Shown here: positions 8,479 to 16,619 of the stretch, piece by piece | Layout of the letters: every line of letters begins with the position of its first letter | How positions within the stretch are numbered: the first letter of the stretch is position 1 | Origin: a virus | Taxonomy: Duplodnaviria; Caudoviricetes | IMG/VR virus record: IMGVR_UViG_3300011338_000551 | Location: 1 to 32,969 of that record | Strand: one strand, 5' to 3' | Length of the DNA: 32,969 bases | Position numbers and translations under genes: made by a program | Notes under the pieces: model-generated | What the model saw: the letters and a program-made list of their open reading frames with translations, nothing else | Told to the model about the DNA's origin: nothing | The model's database searches: none

Positions 8479-11087
8479 TGGAAACCTTAAACCTTGCCGA
8501 CATTGACAATGCGGTGGGGCAAGCGTTTGGCCGCAAACCAAAAGCCGCACCGCAGCCAGGCCAGCCAAGCCAGCCAAGCCAAATCAATTTGGAAGGGTTA
8601 AACCCCGCATTGCTTACCAACTTGCAAAAAGCCCAAGCGGCTTACAAGCAAGAATTTGGCGTGGATATGCCAATCACCAGCGGCGTTCGAACACGCGCTG
8701 AACAAGAAAAATTGTTTGCCCAAAGCAAATCCGGAAAGCCTGGCGTTTTTACGCCTATTGATCCAGCCAGCGCACCAGGCCAATCCACGTTTCACACCGA
8801 AGCCGTGGACATTTCAACCAAGGTTCCCGAAGATTTTTTAAATCGTTTTGGCATTCATCGGCCACTTGGAAAAAAAGACCCCGTTCACGCGGTATTGATG
8901 CCTGGCCAAACAACCGGCACGGAAATGCCCCAAGGGTTTGCCGACTTCAACCCGCAAAACATTGACAGCGCGGTGCAGCAAGCGATGGCCACAAAGCCTG
9001 GCGAAGTGGAAAAACCCCGTGGCGTGGTTGGCAAGGTTGGTCAATTCTTGCGTGGCCAAGGCCGCGCAGCCGCAAGCCTGGCCGACACAACTTTGGGCGG
9101 CGTCATTCCTGGCGTTGCTGGCGCTGTCACTTATGCTGGCGCCCGTGTTGCTGGCCAAACGCCTGAACAGGCAGCCGCAACGCAACAACAAGTTGTTTCG
9201 GCTGTTGACAAGCCATTTGGCAAAGCCTTTGGCGTGACCGAAACGCCGGAATACAAAGGCGAAGCCAGCCAACAATTGATGAATTTTATTGGCGCCAACA
9301 TGGAAAAAGGCGCCGATTGGATTTCCAAACAAACCGGTGTTCCAAAGGCAGACGTTGAAAACATGATGCAAACGGCAACGCTGGCCGTGCCTGGCGCCGT
9401 TAAAGCCGCAGTCAAATCACCCGTTGGCCAAGCCATTGGGCGCGAAGCCGGTTACGCTGGCCAGGCAGTCAAAGCGGTGACGCCTGAACCCATGCAGCGG
9501 GCCGTTGGCGCCGTTGTTGAAGCCGTCGCGCCTGGTACTACCAACGTCAAACCAAAAGCCGCGCCAGCGCCCGTTCCTGGCGTTACACCTGAAGCGCCTG
9601 GCGTTGAACTCAAACGCAACGTGGATGAATTGCACCAGCGTTATGAAGCCGAACGCCAGGCGGCCACGCAAGGCCAACCAGCGCCAGCAGAATCGGCGCC
9701 TGGTGTGTCGGGCACGGCCAAGCCAACAACGCCCGAAGCGCCATTCACCGAAGTCAAATATGCTGAAAACGGTTTGCCGCTGGACGAACAATATGCCCGC
9801 GCACAAACGCTGAACCGCGTGTTGGGCGCTGACCATTCGGCTGACCTGGCTGCCATTGAAGGCAAGGGCAAAGAACGTGCCACGAATTACGCCACGTCAA
9901 ACACCGATACGGCCCAGGGCAATTTCCTGAAAGAACGATTTGCTGACGAACAAAAGCGCCTGGCAGATTTTGCCGAACGCCAAATTAAAAACACCGGCGG
10001 CACGGTTGGCCTGGACGAAAGCACCGTTTACAAACGCGGCAACACCATCCTGAAGCCGCTGCAAGACCTGGAAACATACTTCGACAACGCCACGCGCAAA
10101 ATTTACGCAGACCGCGACGCCATCGCGCAAACCGTACCGGTGGAAGCCAGCAACATCAAAAAAGTGTTGGCTGACGAATCGCTGACTTTGGCAAATACCG
10201 AAACGATTGGCTTGGCCAAGATTGCTGAAGCGCGAATGAAACAATTGGGCATGATTGACAAGGACGGCAACCTATTGCCAACCAACGCCAAGACAGCCGA
10301 AAATTTCCGCAAATTCTTGAACGAAAATTATGATCGCAAGAATGCCAACCTTCATAGAGAATTGAAGGCCGCGGTTGATGAAGACGTGATGGCCAACCTG
10401 GACACAAATTCGCCGCTTTACAAAGAAGCCCGCGAACTGGTGACCCTTCGCAAAAACACTTTGGACAACCCGAACGGCATTGCCAGCATTTTGGACGCCG
10501 AAGGGCCAAACAAAATCAACCGCAAAGTTGACATCGAAAAAATCGCGCAAAACATCGCCAATATGCCGGTGGAACAATTCACGCACGTCGTTGACACTTT
10601 GCGAAATGTGCCACCGCAGTTGCAGCCCCAGGCCGCAGCCGCGTTGTCGGAAATCAAAGCGCAATTTGCCAACCGTGTTGCGGAACAAAAGACACCGCGG
10701 CAGTTGACCAAATACATGAACGACAACCGTGAGGTGATGAACCGTTTGTTCACGCCTGACGAAATGGCCAATCTACGTGATTACCACAACGCCGTTCATA
10801 TCCTGGCCACCGATACCGGTTACAAAGGCGCGGCCGTTCAAAAGATCAACGTCGAACAAAAATTGGGTTCCAAAATTGCCGAACATTTGGTGACAAAAGG
10901 TGGTGCGGTTGCCGCAGAAACCATGACCGGCGGCGCTGGCATGGGCGTTCCGGCTTTGGTGACACACGAACTTTTAAGCCAACGCGCAGCCGGTAAACGC
11001 GCCAAAGCGCAAGCCCAGGCCGAAAAGCAAGCATTCGAAAACACGCAACAAAGATTTGTACCAATACAGGACTTGGTTAAAAAATGA
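8478..11087 (+). CDS. Large ejection protein (P22 gp16 position) with an N-terminal M15-like peptidoglycan peptidase domain
   Basis: ITSGVRTRAEQEKL...PGQSTFHTEAVDI...DPVH resembles M15 zinc-peptidase motifs; the remainder looks helical. Confidence 0.7.
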   Translation: METLNLADIDNAVGQAFGRKPKAAPQPGQPSQPSQINLEGLNPALLTNLQKAQAAYKQEFGVDMPITSGVRTRAEQEKLFAQSKSGKPGVFTPIDPASAPGQSTFHTEAVDISTKVPEDFLNRFGIHRPLGKKDPVHAVLMPGQTTGTEMPQGFADFNPQNIDSAVQQAMATKPGEVEKPRGVVGKVGQFLRGQGRAAASLADTTLGGVIPGVAGAVTYAGARVAGQTPEQAAATQQQVVSAVDKPFGKAFGVTETPEYKGEASQQLMNFIGANMEKGADWISKQTGVPKADVENMMQTATLAVPGAVKAAVKSPVGQAIGREAGYAGQAVKAVTPEPMQRAVGAVVEAVAPGTTNVKPKAAPAPVPGVTPEAPGVELKRNVDELHQRYEAERQAATQGQPAPAESAPGVSGTAKPTTPEAPFTEVKYAENGLPLDEQYARAQTLNRVLGADHSADLAAIEGKGKERATNYATSNTDTAQGNFLKERFADEQKRLADFAERQIKNTGGTVGLDESTVYKRGNTILKPLQDLETYFDNATRKIYADRDAIAQTVPVEASNIKKVLADESLTLANTETIGLAKIAEARMKQLGMIDKDGNLLPTNAKTAENFRKFLNENYDRKNANLHRELKAAVDEDVMANLDTNSPLYKEARELVTLRKNTLDNPNGIASILDAEGPNKINRKVDIEKIAQNIANMPVEQFTHVVDTLRNVPPQLQPQAAAALSEIKAQFANRVAEQKTPRQLTKYMNDNREVMNRLFTPDEMANLRDYHNAVHILATDTGYKGAAVQKINVEQKLGSKIAEHLVTKGGAVAAETMTGGAGMGVPALVTHELLSQRAAGKRAKAQAQAEKQAFENTQQRFVPIQDLVKK

Positions 11088-11314
11088 ATTCGCCCGAAAT
11101 TGATCCCGTGAAATATGGCGTCCTTTGGCAAAAGGTTCAGGACTACGAACGCCGGTTTGACCAAATGGAAACCAAGATGGATAAGATGGAAAACCAGTTG
11201 GAAAAACTGGTTGCCCTGGCCAATCAAGGCCGTGGGGGTTTTTGGGCCGGTATGGCCTTAGTGTCGGCAGCGTCCAGCGTTGTCGGTTATTTGTCTAGTT
11301 ACTTTCACAAGTGA
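11084..11314 (+). CDS. Membrane protein with coiled coil and one C-terminal TM segment (holin/antiholin-like)
   Basis: RFDQMETKMDKMENQLEKLVALANQGRGGFWAGMALVSAASSVVGYL; first gene of the lysis cassette. Confidence 0.65.
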   Translation: MNSPEIDPVKYGVLWQKVQDYERRFDQMETKMDKMENQLEKLVALANQGRGGFWAGMALVSAASSVVGYLSSYFHK

Positions 11315-11321
11315 GGAAACC

Positions 11322-11489
11322 ATGAAAGCATATATTTTGGAACGACTTAAAGAAGCATCCACCTGGCGCGGGATTGTGCTGTTGCTGACCGCTGCCGGTG
11401 TGCCGATTGCACCAGGCATGGCCGATTTGATTATTTCCGCGGGCCTTGCGCTTACCGGTTTGATTGGCGCCGTCACCCCTGACAAATGA
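11322..11489 (+). CDS. Putative holin (55 aa, two hydrophobic segments)
   Basis: GAGG RBS then ATG at 11322; ERLKEASTWRGIVLLLTAAGV...LIISAGLALTGLIG; stop overlaps the endolysin start. Confidence 0.75.
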   Translation: MKAYILERLKEASTWRGIVLLLTAAGVPIAPGMADLIISAGLALTGLIGAVTPDK

Positions 11490-11905
11490 TTAACAGCCGC
11501 AGCCTGGATGAATTGCTGCCGCCGGTCAAAGAACGCGTGGAACGGTTCATCAAATTGTGCAACATGGAAGGCATCGACATTTTGGTGACTTCCACTTACC
11601 GCGACCAGGAAAGCCAAAACGCGTTGTATGCCCAAGGGCGCAGCGCACCAGGCAAGATCGTCACAAACGCCAAGGCTGGCGATTCCTGGCACAACTGGCG
11701 GTGCGCGGTTGATGTTGTCCCCCTGGTCAACGGCAAACCCGATTGGGATGGTTCACATCCAGTTTGGGAACGAATCGGGGAACTAGGCAAGGAAGCGGGC
11801 CTGGAATGGGCTGGCCGCTGGAAATCGTTTCGTGAACTGGCGCATTTTCAATACACCGGTGGCCAAACGCTGGCGCAGTTGAAGACCGGCGCCACGATTG
11901 CTTAA
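11486..11905 (+). CDS. Endolysin, peptidase M15 (L-Ala-D-Glu peptidase-like)
   Basis: TSTYRDQESQNALYAQGR, VTNAKAGDSWHNWRCAVDVV, GLEWAGRW, ELAHFQ. Confidence 0.92.
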   Translation: MINSRSLDELLPPVKERVERFIKLCNMEGIDILVTSTYRDQESQNALYAQGRSAPGKIVTNAKAGDSWHNWRCAVDVVPLVNGKPDWDGSHPVWERIGELGKEAGLEWAGRWKSFRELAHFQYTGGQTLAQLKTGATIA

Positions 11906-12132
11906 CGTTTCATGTTCCTGACATACGCGGCAAATGACGCCGCGGTGTCGCCCAGGCTTCGCATTTTGTCGAATTCGTTGGCCACTTCGTCCAGGGTATG
12001 GTTGCGGATGGCCAAAGAACGGCATTTATCGGGCGTTTGGCAGCCTTTTACGTAACAGAATGGGCAAACCCATTCAACCGTATGCGCGGGGCAGTTGTGG
12101 GCCTGGGTACAAACATCGTCGCAGCAATTCAT
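11902..12132 (-). CDS. Hypothetical Cys-rich protein
   Basis: CCxxxCxQxxNCP, CPFC, and RNHTLDEVANEF...AASFAAYVRNMK tail; ATGA coupling to the upstream gene. Confidence 0.7.
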   Translation of the reverse strand: MNCCDDVCTQAHNCPAHTVEWVCPFCYVKGCQTPDKCRSLAIRNHTLDEVANEFDKMRSLGDTAASFAAYVRNMKR

Positions 12133-12641
12133 AATTTGATCGCATTCAAGTTGAAATTGTCGGCCATCACTTCAGCATAGTCAAAATGGCGGCCAAAGCA
12201 ATCCCTGAACGAAACGCATTCATCCGACCAGCCTTCAACAACATTGTTGTAAATATATGCCTTACGTGGAACGGTAATCGTTCCGCAAATAAAGTGCAAG
12301 CCCTTTGCAGTCACGCGCCAGGCGCCATCCGCTTTTTTCTTTGAATCGGTATTTACCCCAGGTTCAACAAAACCCCAATGCTGCAACGTTGTGTGCGTTT
12401 TGCCACGCAGCAGCCACCGCGGGCCAATCTTTGGAACATCCACCCAACCATCGTCATCGGAAGGGGCGCGGGAAAGCCACAAAAGGGCCAGGGCGCGTGT
12501 TTCGTTCATGCCCTGGGGGCTTACCTTGCCCCACTTCCCGCAACAGGGGCAATTGCCCCCGTCGCCTTCGATGGTGGCCCGCCAGTTGGTTTTCAGTTGC
12601 GCCAGGTAATCGCCTTCGTCGCCAAAAAAATCCAATTGCAT
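12129..12641 (-). CDS. Hypothetical protein with CPCC knuckle and possible winged helix
   Basis: CPCCG; LQHWGFVE...GAWRVTAKG resembles a winged-helix wing; RBS AAGGGG. Confidence 0.7.
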   Translation of the reverse strand: MQLDFFGDEGDYLAQLKTNWRATIEGDGGNCPCCGKWGKVSPQGMNETRALALLWLSRAPSDDDGWVDVPKIGPRWLLRGKTHTTLQHWGFVEPGVNTDSKKKADGAWRVTAKGLHFICGTITVPRKAYIYNNVVEGWSDECVSFRDCFGRHFDYAEVMADNFNLNAIKL

Positions 12642-12651
12642 GGCCAGCCCC

Positions 12652-12930
12652 TTAGAAGTTTGGTAAATCGTCGTTCATTTCGTCGAATCCGCTGCCTTGC
12701 GGCGCCTGGCGGTGTTGTTGCGGCTGTTGATCGTCCTTTGGTTTGGGTTCGTTAATGTATGCCCAACCATCCCAACCGCCTTCCTTCAAAGGGATCACGT
12801 CGATTTTGAGCATTGGCCCATTCTTGGTGTCAATGATTGAACCAATGCGCTGGTAACGGTTTTTTTGCTGCCCCTGGGCGTTGGTGTACGTGCCGGTGAT
12901 TACGCTGATTTCGTTGATAAGTTTTGCCAT
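12652..12930 (-). CDS. SSB-like single-stranded DNA-binding protein
   Basis: Short beta-rich core, Q/P linker, acidic GFDEMNDDLPNF tail; next to ERF and the exonuclease. Confidence 0.7.
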   Translation of the reverse strand: MAKLINEISVITGTYTNAQGQQKNRYQRIGSIIDTKNGPMLKIDVIPLKEGGWDGWAYINEPKPKDDQQPQQHRQAPQGSGFDEMNDDLPNF

Positions 12931-12933
12931 GAT

Positions 12934-13560
12934 TTATTCCCCAATGATTTTTTTCAGTTGATCGACCTTGACCGCGGTTTCGGCCAGGAACTTGATAATT
13001 TCCGCTTCCATGTCGGCGACGAACACATCGTCACGCGGTACGCGCTTAATGAACAGTTGCGCTTTGGCTGGCATTCGTGGATCGAACACCACGTAATCGC
13101 ACCAGGCGCGGCCAGCACAAACCATTTGGAATTGCATTTGCGCGAAATACTTTTGCGGGATGGCGCCGGTCAGCAGCGTTTCGATCATCGTGGCCGTGTT
13201 GGGGCATTTGATTTCCACGCATCCGTCATCACCCACCAGGCCGTCGGGTGACGCGCCAGCCATCGCAATGGTCGGGTGGTTTACAAACCCGACTTCCTCA
13301 ACCATGTTGCCGGTGGCCGCTTCGTATGCACCGCGGGCGAAGGGTTCCTGGTCGGTTCCCCATTGCATGGCGCTGTTGCTGAACGATTCCTGGCGTGTGC
13401 CGGTGATTTGTTCGACCACCAGTTGGGCCATGTAGTTTTCGCGGCTGGCGCTATAACCCGACTTTGTGCGGGCCATCACGTCGGCCACTTTGGACGCGGT
13501 GACTTTGCCCAGGCGGGCAGCAAACCATTCGTCGGTGCGTTGTTGGATTTCGTCGTTCAT
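12934..13560 (-). CDS. YqaJ / lambda-exonuclease family recombination nuclease
   Basis: QRTDEWFAARLGKVTAS, MQWGTDQEP, GASPDGLV, EIKCP, YFAQMQFQM. Confidence 0.93.
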   Translation of the reverse strand: MNDEIQQRTDEWFAARLGKVTASKVADVMARTKSGYSASRENYMAQLVVEQITGTRQESFSNSAMQWGTDQEPFARGAYEAATGNMVEEVGFVNHPTIAMAGASPDGLVGDDGCVEIKCPNTATMIETLLTGAIPQKYFAQMQFQMVCAGRAWCDYVVFDPRMPAKAQLFIKRVPRDDVFVADMEAEIIKFLAETAVKVDQLKKIIGE

Positions 13561-13943
13561 TCTTGACCTTTCAGTTTTAAATTTGATTCCGCTAAGGCTT
13601 CTTTGATGTATTTCAAACCTTTGGCGCCTAAATTTGGAATACGTCGCAATTCACGTATATCCCATTCACACAATTTTTCTTTTGTATAAATTCCTTCCGC
13701 CGTTAAGCAACGAAAATATCTGACTGGCAAATTCAATTCATGTAAGTTAGCACTTGCATATTGTTCTTGTTGTTCCTTTTCTCGGTTCCATTCATCATGT
13801 ATGCGCCTACGGTTATCAATCATGTCTTGCGCCATGCGATACGATGTTTGTGCCAACGTGTAAGGGTTTGTAATTCCAAACTTTTGAATTTGTGCGGCCA
13901 TCGCGGTGATGGCAATATGATCCAGCAATTCTTCTTTGGTCAT
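13557..13943 (-). CDS. Phage protein with a C-terminal RNA polymerase alpha-subunit CTD-like domain
   Basis: ATG at 13943 overlaps the ERF stop. LHELNLPVRYFRCLTAEGIYT..LRRIPNLGAKGLKYIKEAL resembles the RpoA CTD. Locally AT-rich. Confidence 0.8.
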   Translation of the reverse strand: MTKEELLDHIAITAMAAQIQKFGITNPYTLAQTSYRMAQDMIDNRRRIHDEWNREKEQQEQYASANLHELNLPVRYFRCLTAEGIYTKEKLCEWDIRELRRIPNLGAKGLKYIKEALAESNLKLKGQE

Positions 13944-14524
13944 TGCGCTTGTTCCTTTTTGGCGCGGGCCACGCGTTCTTTTTTGGCTGCCATCACCTTG
14001 GCTTGCAATGCCTGGTTGCCCTGGCAAGCGTCGAAGGCATCTTTGTAAGCCTTGGCCAATTCGTCGCTGTTGGCGCTGGCCTGGATGGCTGCCAGGTGGT
14101 CGGTAATGTCAGGCGTCGGGATTGCTGGCGCTGTTGGGCGTTTGCTGGCCGCGTTGCCGTCGTCATCCTCCGGTGCGATGCCACAAGCGGCCATGAGGCT
14201 ATAACGACGCGCATACGTCAACGCGCTGCCATAACCCTGGGCATCTTGTTTGGTGGCCGGAACGTGCAGCGAACCGCAATTGATAACTTCGCCGGATTCG
14301 TGAATGAACACGGTTTCCACAATCACGCCGTTGTCGTATGAACTGACGCGTTGCGTCAATGCGATGCCGTTGTTGTTCAAGCCTTCGATCACGGCTTCAA
14401 CGCAAGCGGCCAGGTCGGCGTAACGTGATTTGAAATGCGGATTGCTGGACGACTTCAGCGCGGGGCCGAATTCTTTTTGCGCTTTGACCAGGGCCGCGGC
14501 GACTTTGCTGAATGATGTTTCCAT
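13940..14524 (-). CDS. erf: ERF-family single-strand annealing recombinase
   Basis: NPHFKSRYADL, HESGE, QGYGSALTYARRYSLMAACGIAPEDDDGNAA; AAGGA RBS before the ATG at 14524. Confidence 0.93.
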   Translation of the reverse strand: METSFSKVAAALVKAQKEFGPALKSSSNPHFKSRYADLAACVEAVIEGLNNNGIALTQRVSSYDNGVIVETVFIHESGEVINCGSLHVPATKQDAQGYGSALTYARRYSLMAACGIAPEDDDGNAASKRPTAPAIPTPDITDHLAAIQASANSDELAKAYKDAFDACQGNQALQAKVMAAKKERVARAKKEQAQ

Positions 14525-14535
14525 GATTGGTTCCT

Positions 14536-14856
14536 TTACCATTTGGGGGCGCAAGTAACGTCAATCACAACGTCAGCGGTGTAATCGTTGACTTTGCGTT
14601 TGCCGTACATCAACACGGCACGAAGCCCGTTGGCCTGGCAATCACCAATGGCCGACACGACTTCATTCCGCGACATGGGCTGGATGTTTTTGTCCAGCAC
14701 CAAATCTTGTTTGCCGCTGGTGTTGGCGCAGCCGGTCAACCAGGCCACAACAACAACAGCAAGCGACACAATCAAAAGCCCATTCCAAACGCGTTGGTAC
14801 AGCGTTGGTTTTGCGTAATATGGGCCGTCAAGATCAATGCGAATTGGCTTTTTCAT
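14536..14856 (-). CDS. Predicted lipoprotein
   Basis: Hydrophobic stretch followed by the lipobox WLTG-C, with two further Cys. Confidence 0.7.
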   Translation of the reverse strand: MKKPIRIDLDGPYYAKPTLYQRVWNGLLIVSLAVVVVAWLTGCANTSGKQDLVLDKNIQPMSRNEVVSAIGDCQANGLRAVLMYGKRKVNDYTADVVIDVTCAPKW

Positions 14857-14867
14857 TTGAGTAACTT

Positions 14868-14978
14868 TCAGAATGGTGCGGGGGGCAAGTTGTCCCGCTG
14901 TTGGTTTTGGTAATCGCGTTCTTGCTTGCGCGTCCAGGGGATTGGCCCCCCTGGTGGTGGAAATGGCCAGTTAGACAT
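14868..14978 (-). CDS. Small Pro/Trp-rich peptide (36 aa; not in ORF track)
   Basis: MSNWPFPPPGGPIPWTRKQERDYQNQQRDNLPPAPF fills the gap and overlaps the upstream stop. Confidence 0.6.
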   Translation of the reverse strand: MSNWPFPPPGGPIPWTRKQERDYQNQQRDNLPPAPF

Positions 14979-15183
14979 TGGCCAGTTTTTGTGCGTAGTT
15001 GATGGCCACGGACAACATGGCGCTGCCGTAGGTGCGAACGCTGCCGACGGGCAATTCCGCGTCGGTATCCCACAACGTCACGGCGTAACCCGTGCTGATT
15101 TTTGTGACCAGGGCGGCAATGCCATATTCAGCATTGACGAACGTTGCGATTTGGTTGGGGTTTGTGATGGTGACGGCGTTCAT
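14971..15183 (-). CDS. Hypothetical early protein
   Basis: 70-aa ORF with ATGA coupling to the upstream gene. Confidence 0.7.
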   Translation of the reverse strand: MNAVTITNPNQIATFVNAEYGIAALVTKISTGYAVTLWDTDAELPVGSVRTYGSAMLSVAINYAQKLANV

Positions 15184-15434
15184 GCTGCCACCCCGCTGGC
15201 GTTCAATTCGCCTTCCATGATTGCGAACAAAACACCCTTGGCGCGGTTCAAAGTTTGACGGGCGCCTTCGGTATCACCAAACGACATTTGTTCCTGGGCG
15301 TCGGACATTAAGCCAGCCACAATCATGTTGGCGCCGCTTAATTTGTAGGTGATTGAATCGGTGACGGATTCCAAGAAATTTTGGAAGTTGCAGCCATACA
15401 TTTGTATGTCGCGGTTTGATTGGTTTGCATTCAT
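15180..15434 (-). CDS. Hypothetical early protein
   Basis: AAAGGA RBS; first gene after the promoter at 15475-15504; MSDAQE..ARQTLNRAK helical motif. Confidence 0.75.
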   Translation of the reverse strand: MNANQSNRDIQMYGCNFQNFLESVTDSITYKLSGANMIVAGLMSDAQEQMSFGDTEGARQTLNRAKGVLFAIMEGELNASGVAA

Positions 15435-15474
15435 TTCAATTTCCTTTTTAAAAGACCCGTTAGGGCATGATGTG

Positions 15475-15504
15475 ATTTTAAGCCAACTTAACTTGCGGCG
15501 TCAA
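15475..15504 (-). promoter_or_regulatory. Leftward sigma70-type promoter PL2 with overlapping operator (15476-15493)
   Basis: TTGACG-18nt-TAAAAT on the minus strand; TTAAG-CCAA-CTTAA inverted repeat. Confidence 0.7.
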
Positions 15505-15655
15505 CACTTTCCGCAAATATTTTTAAAAAACTTTCACGAACCGCGATGGCTTCACGCAATTCGGCCAGGCTGGCGCGTTCCAGGTAAACGCCGCGGATTG
15601 TGGCGGCGTAGAACACGCGGCCCCCGCGATGCACCCTGGTGATTCGTACTGTCAT
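15488..15655 (-). CDS. Hypothetical 55-aa protein (not in ORF track)
   Basis: AAGGGG RBS; MTVRITRVHRGGRVFYAATIRGVYLERASLAELREAIAVRESFLKIFAESVDAAS. Confidence 0.7.
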   Translation of the reverse strand: MTVRITRVHRGGRVFYAATIRGVYLERASLAELREAIAVRESFLKIFAESVDAAS

Positions 15656-15668
15656 TTCGTTCCCCTTA
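15650..15668 (-). repeat. 19-bp direct repeat, copy A (stop + RBS + start)
   Basis: Minus-strand TAAGGGGAACGAAATGACA, identical to 15977-15995. Confidence 0.9.
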
Positions 15669-15764
15669 AAAGATGGCCATTACAAGCCAAAGCAAAACAT
15701 ACAAGGCGGGCGCCGCGACTAGCGCCATGCCCACAACTTCCCAATCTGTTGGTTCGCGGTTCAT
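15666..15764 (-). CDS. Single-TM micropeptide (32 aa; not in ORF track)
   Basis: AGGGGA RBS; MNREPTDWEVVGMALVAAPALYVLLWLVMAIF. Confidence 0.65.
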   Translation of the reverse strand: MNREPTDWEVVGMALVAAPALYVLLWLVMAIF

Positions 15765-15766
15765 TT

Positions 15767-15982
15767 TTATCCCCTTGCGTATTGATAAAGCGTTTTGCAG
15801 TAATTGAAATAATTGCCGCTGTTTTTTGCATTGTTTGACCAGGCCACAACAATTGAACCTGATTTTTTAACACCGTAAAACCGACCAAGATTGCCGCCAG
15901 CCGTTACCCATTGACCAGGGCATAAAGCCCGCACCTGGTCATCGTTTAAGGCCCAAATGTCAATTGCTTTTTTGAATGTCAT
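15767..15982 (-). CDS. Hypothetical 71-aa early protein
   Basis: Start at 15982 after an AAGGGG RBS; MTFKKAIDIWAL...PGQWV..GRFYGVKKSGSIVVAW; AT-rich. Confidence 0.75.
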   Translation of the reverse strand: MTFKKAIDIWALNDDQVRALCPGQWVTAGGNLGRFYGVKKSGSIVVAWSNNAKNSGNYFNYCKTLYQYARG

Positions 15983-15995
15983 TTCGTTCCCCTTA
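15977..15995 (-). repeat. 19-bp direct repeat, copy B
   Basis: Identical to 15650-15668. Confidence 0.9.
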
Positions 15996-16541
15996 TGCGG
16001 CCTTGCGGCCAACAGCGTTCCAACCGTAACCGTCGTCACCCAGGAAGCCGACGCGGGCCAATGTGGCGCTTGGTTGTGTGGCCACCAGGCTGATTTCGCC
16101 AACCTTCAACATGATGCGGCGGTCGGTTTCGTAATCGAGCCGGTCAACAATCCTGGCGCCAAAATAACCATCTTCGATTGTTGGCATTGCATAACCGTAG
16201 TATTCGCAAGCGGCTTTCACGGCGTTTTCCAAAACTGGAACGCTAAAGTTGCGATCAACAAAAATGAAGTCAGCGCCAAACCGAACTTCGTTGCCGTCCA
16301 GGCTGCCGTAGTTGCTGCCTTTGTAATCTGTCATGCCGTCGAAATAAGCGCCTTCGAACATACCGGCAACAAACTTGACTTGTTCGTAAGTTGGGCCGTC
16401 GGTGTAACGAATGTTGATGCTGGCGCCGCCGGAATAGACGCTAGATTTGACGCTGAACTTTACGCCTGGGAAAGATTCTTTGAGAGCAGCGCGAACCAAT
16501 TTTGCGGTTTCGGCACAAGAGAGATATTCACGATTTGACAT
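15993..16541 (-). CDS. LPD29-like (large polyvalent protein-associated domain) protein
   Basis: ETAKLVRAALKESFPGVKFSVKS...SINIRYTDGPT..V..F.G.YFDGMTDY; first gene of the leftward operon. Confidence 0.75.
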   Translation of the reverse strand: MSNREYLSCAETAKLVRAALKESFPGVKFSVKSSVYSGGASINIRYTDGPTYEQVKFVAGMFEGAYFDGMTDYKGSNYGSLDGNEVRFGADFIFVDRNFSVPVLENAVKAACEYYGYAMPTIEDGYFGARIVDRLDYETDRRIMLKVGEISLVATQPSATLARVGFLGDDGYGWNAVGRKAA

Positions 16542-16590
16542 TTTGATTTCCTTTTAAAAGACCCCGTGCAATTCGCTAGGGCATGACTGA

Positions 16591-16619
16591 ATGTTAAGCC
16601 AACTAAACAAGCATTGCAA
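16591..16619 (-). promoter_or_regulatory. Leftward promoter PL1 with overlapping operator (16592-16609)
   Basis: TTGCAA-17nt-TAACAT on the minus strand; TGTTAAG-CCAA-CTAAACA. Confidence 0.7.

Noticed and set aside
13944-14027. Upstream extension of the alpha-CTD ORF given by the ORF track (likewise the starts at 3963, 16102, 18600, 19162 and 20215)
   Set aside because: Downstream starts have an RBS or stop/start coupling, while the extensions overlap neighbouring genes.
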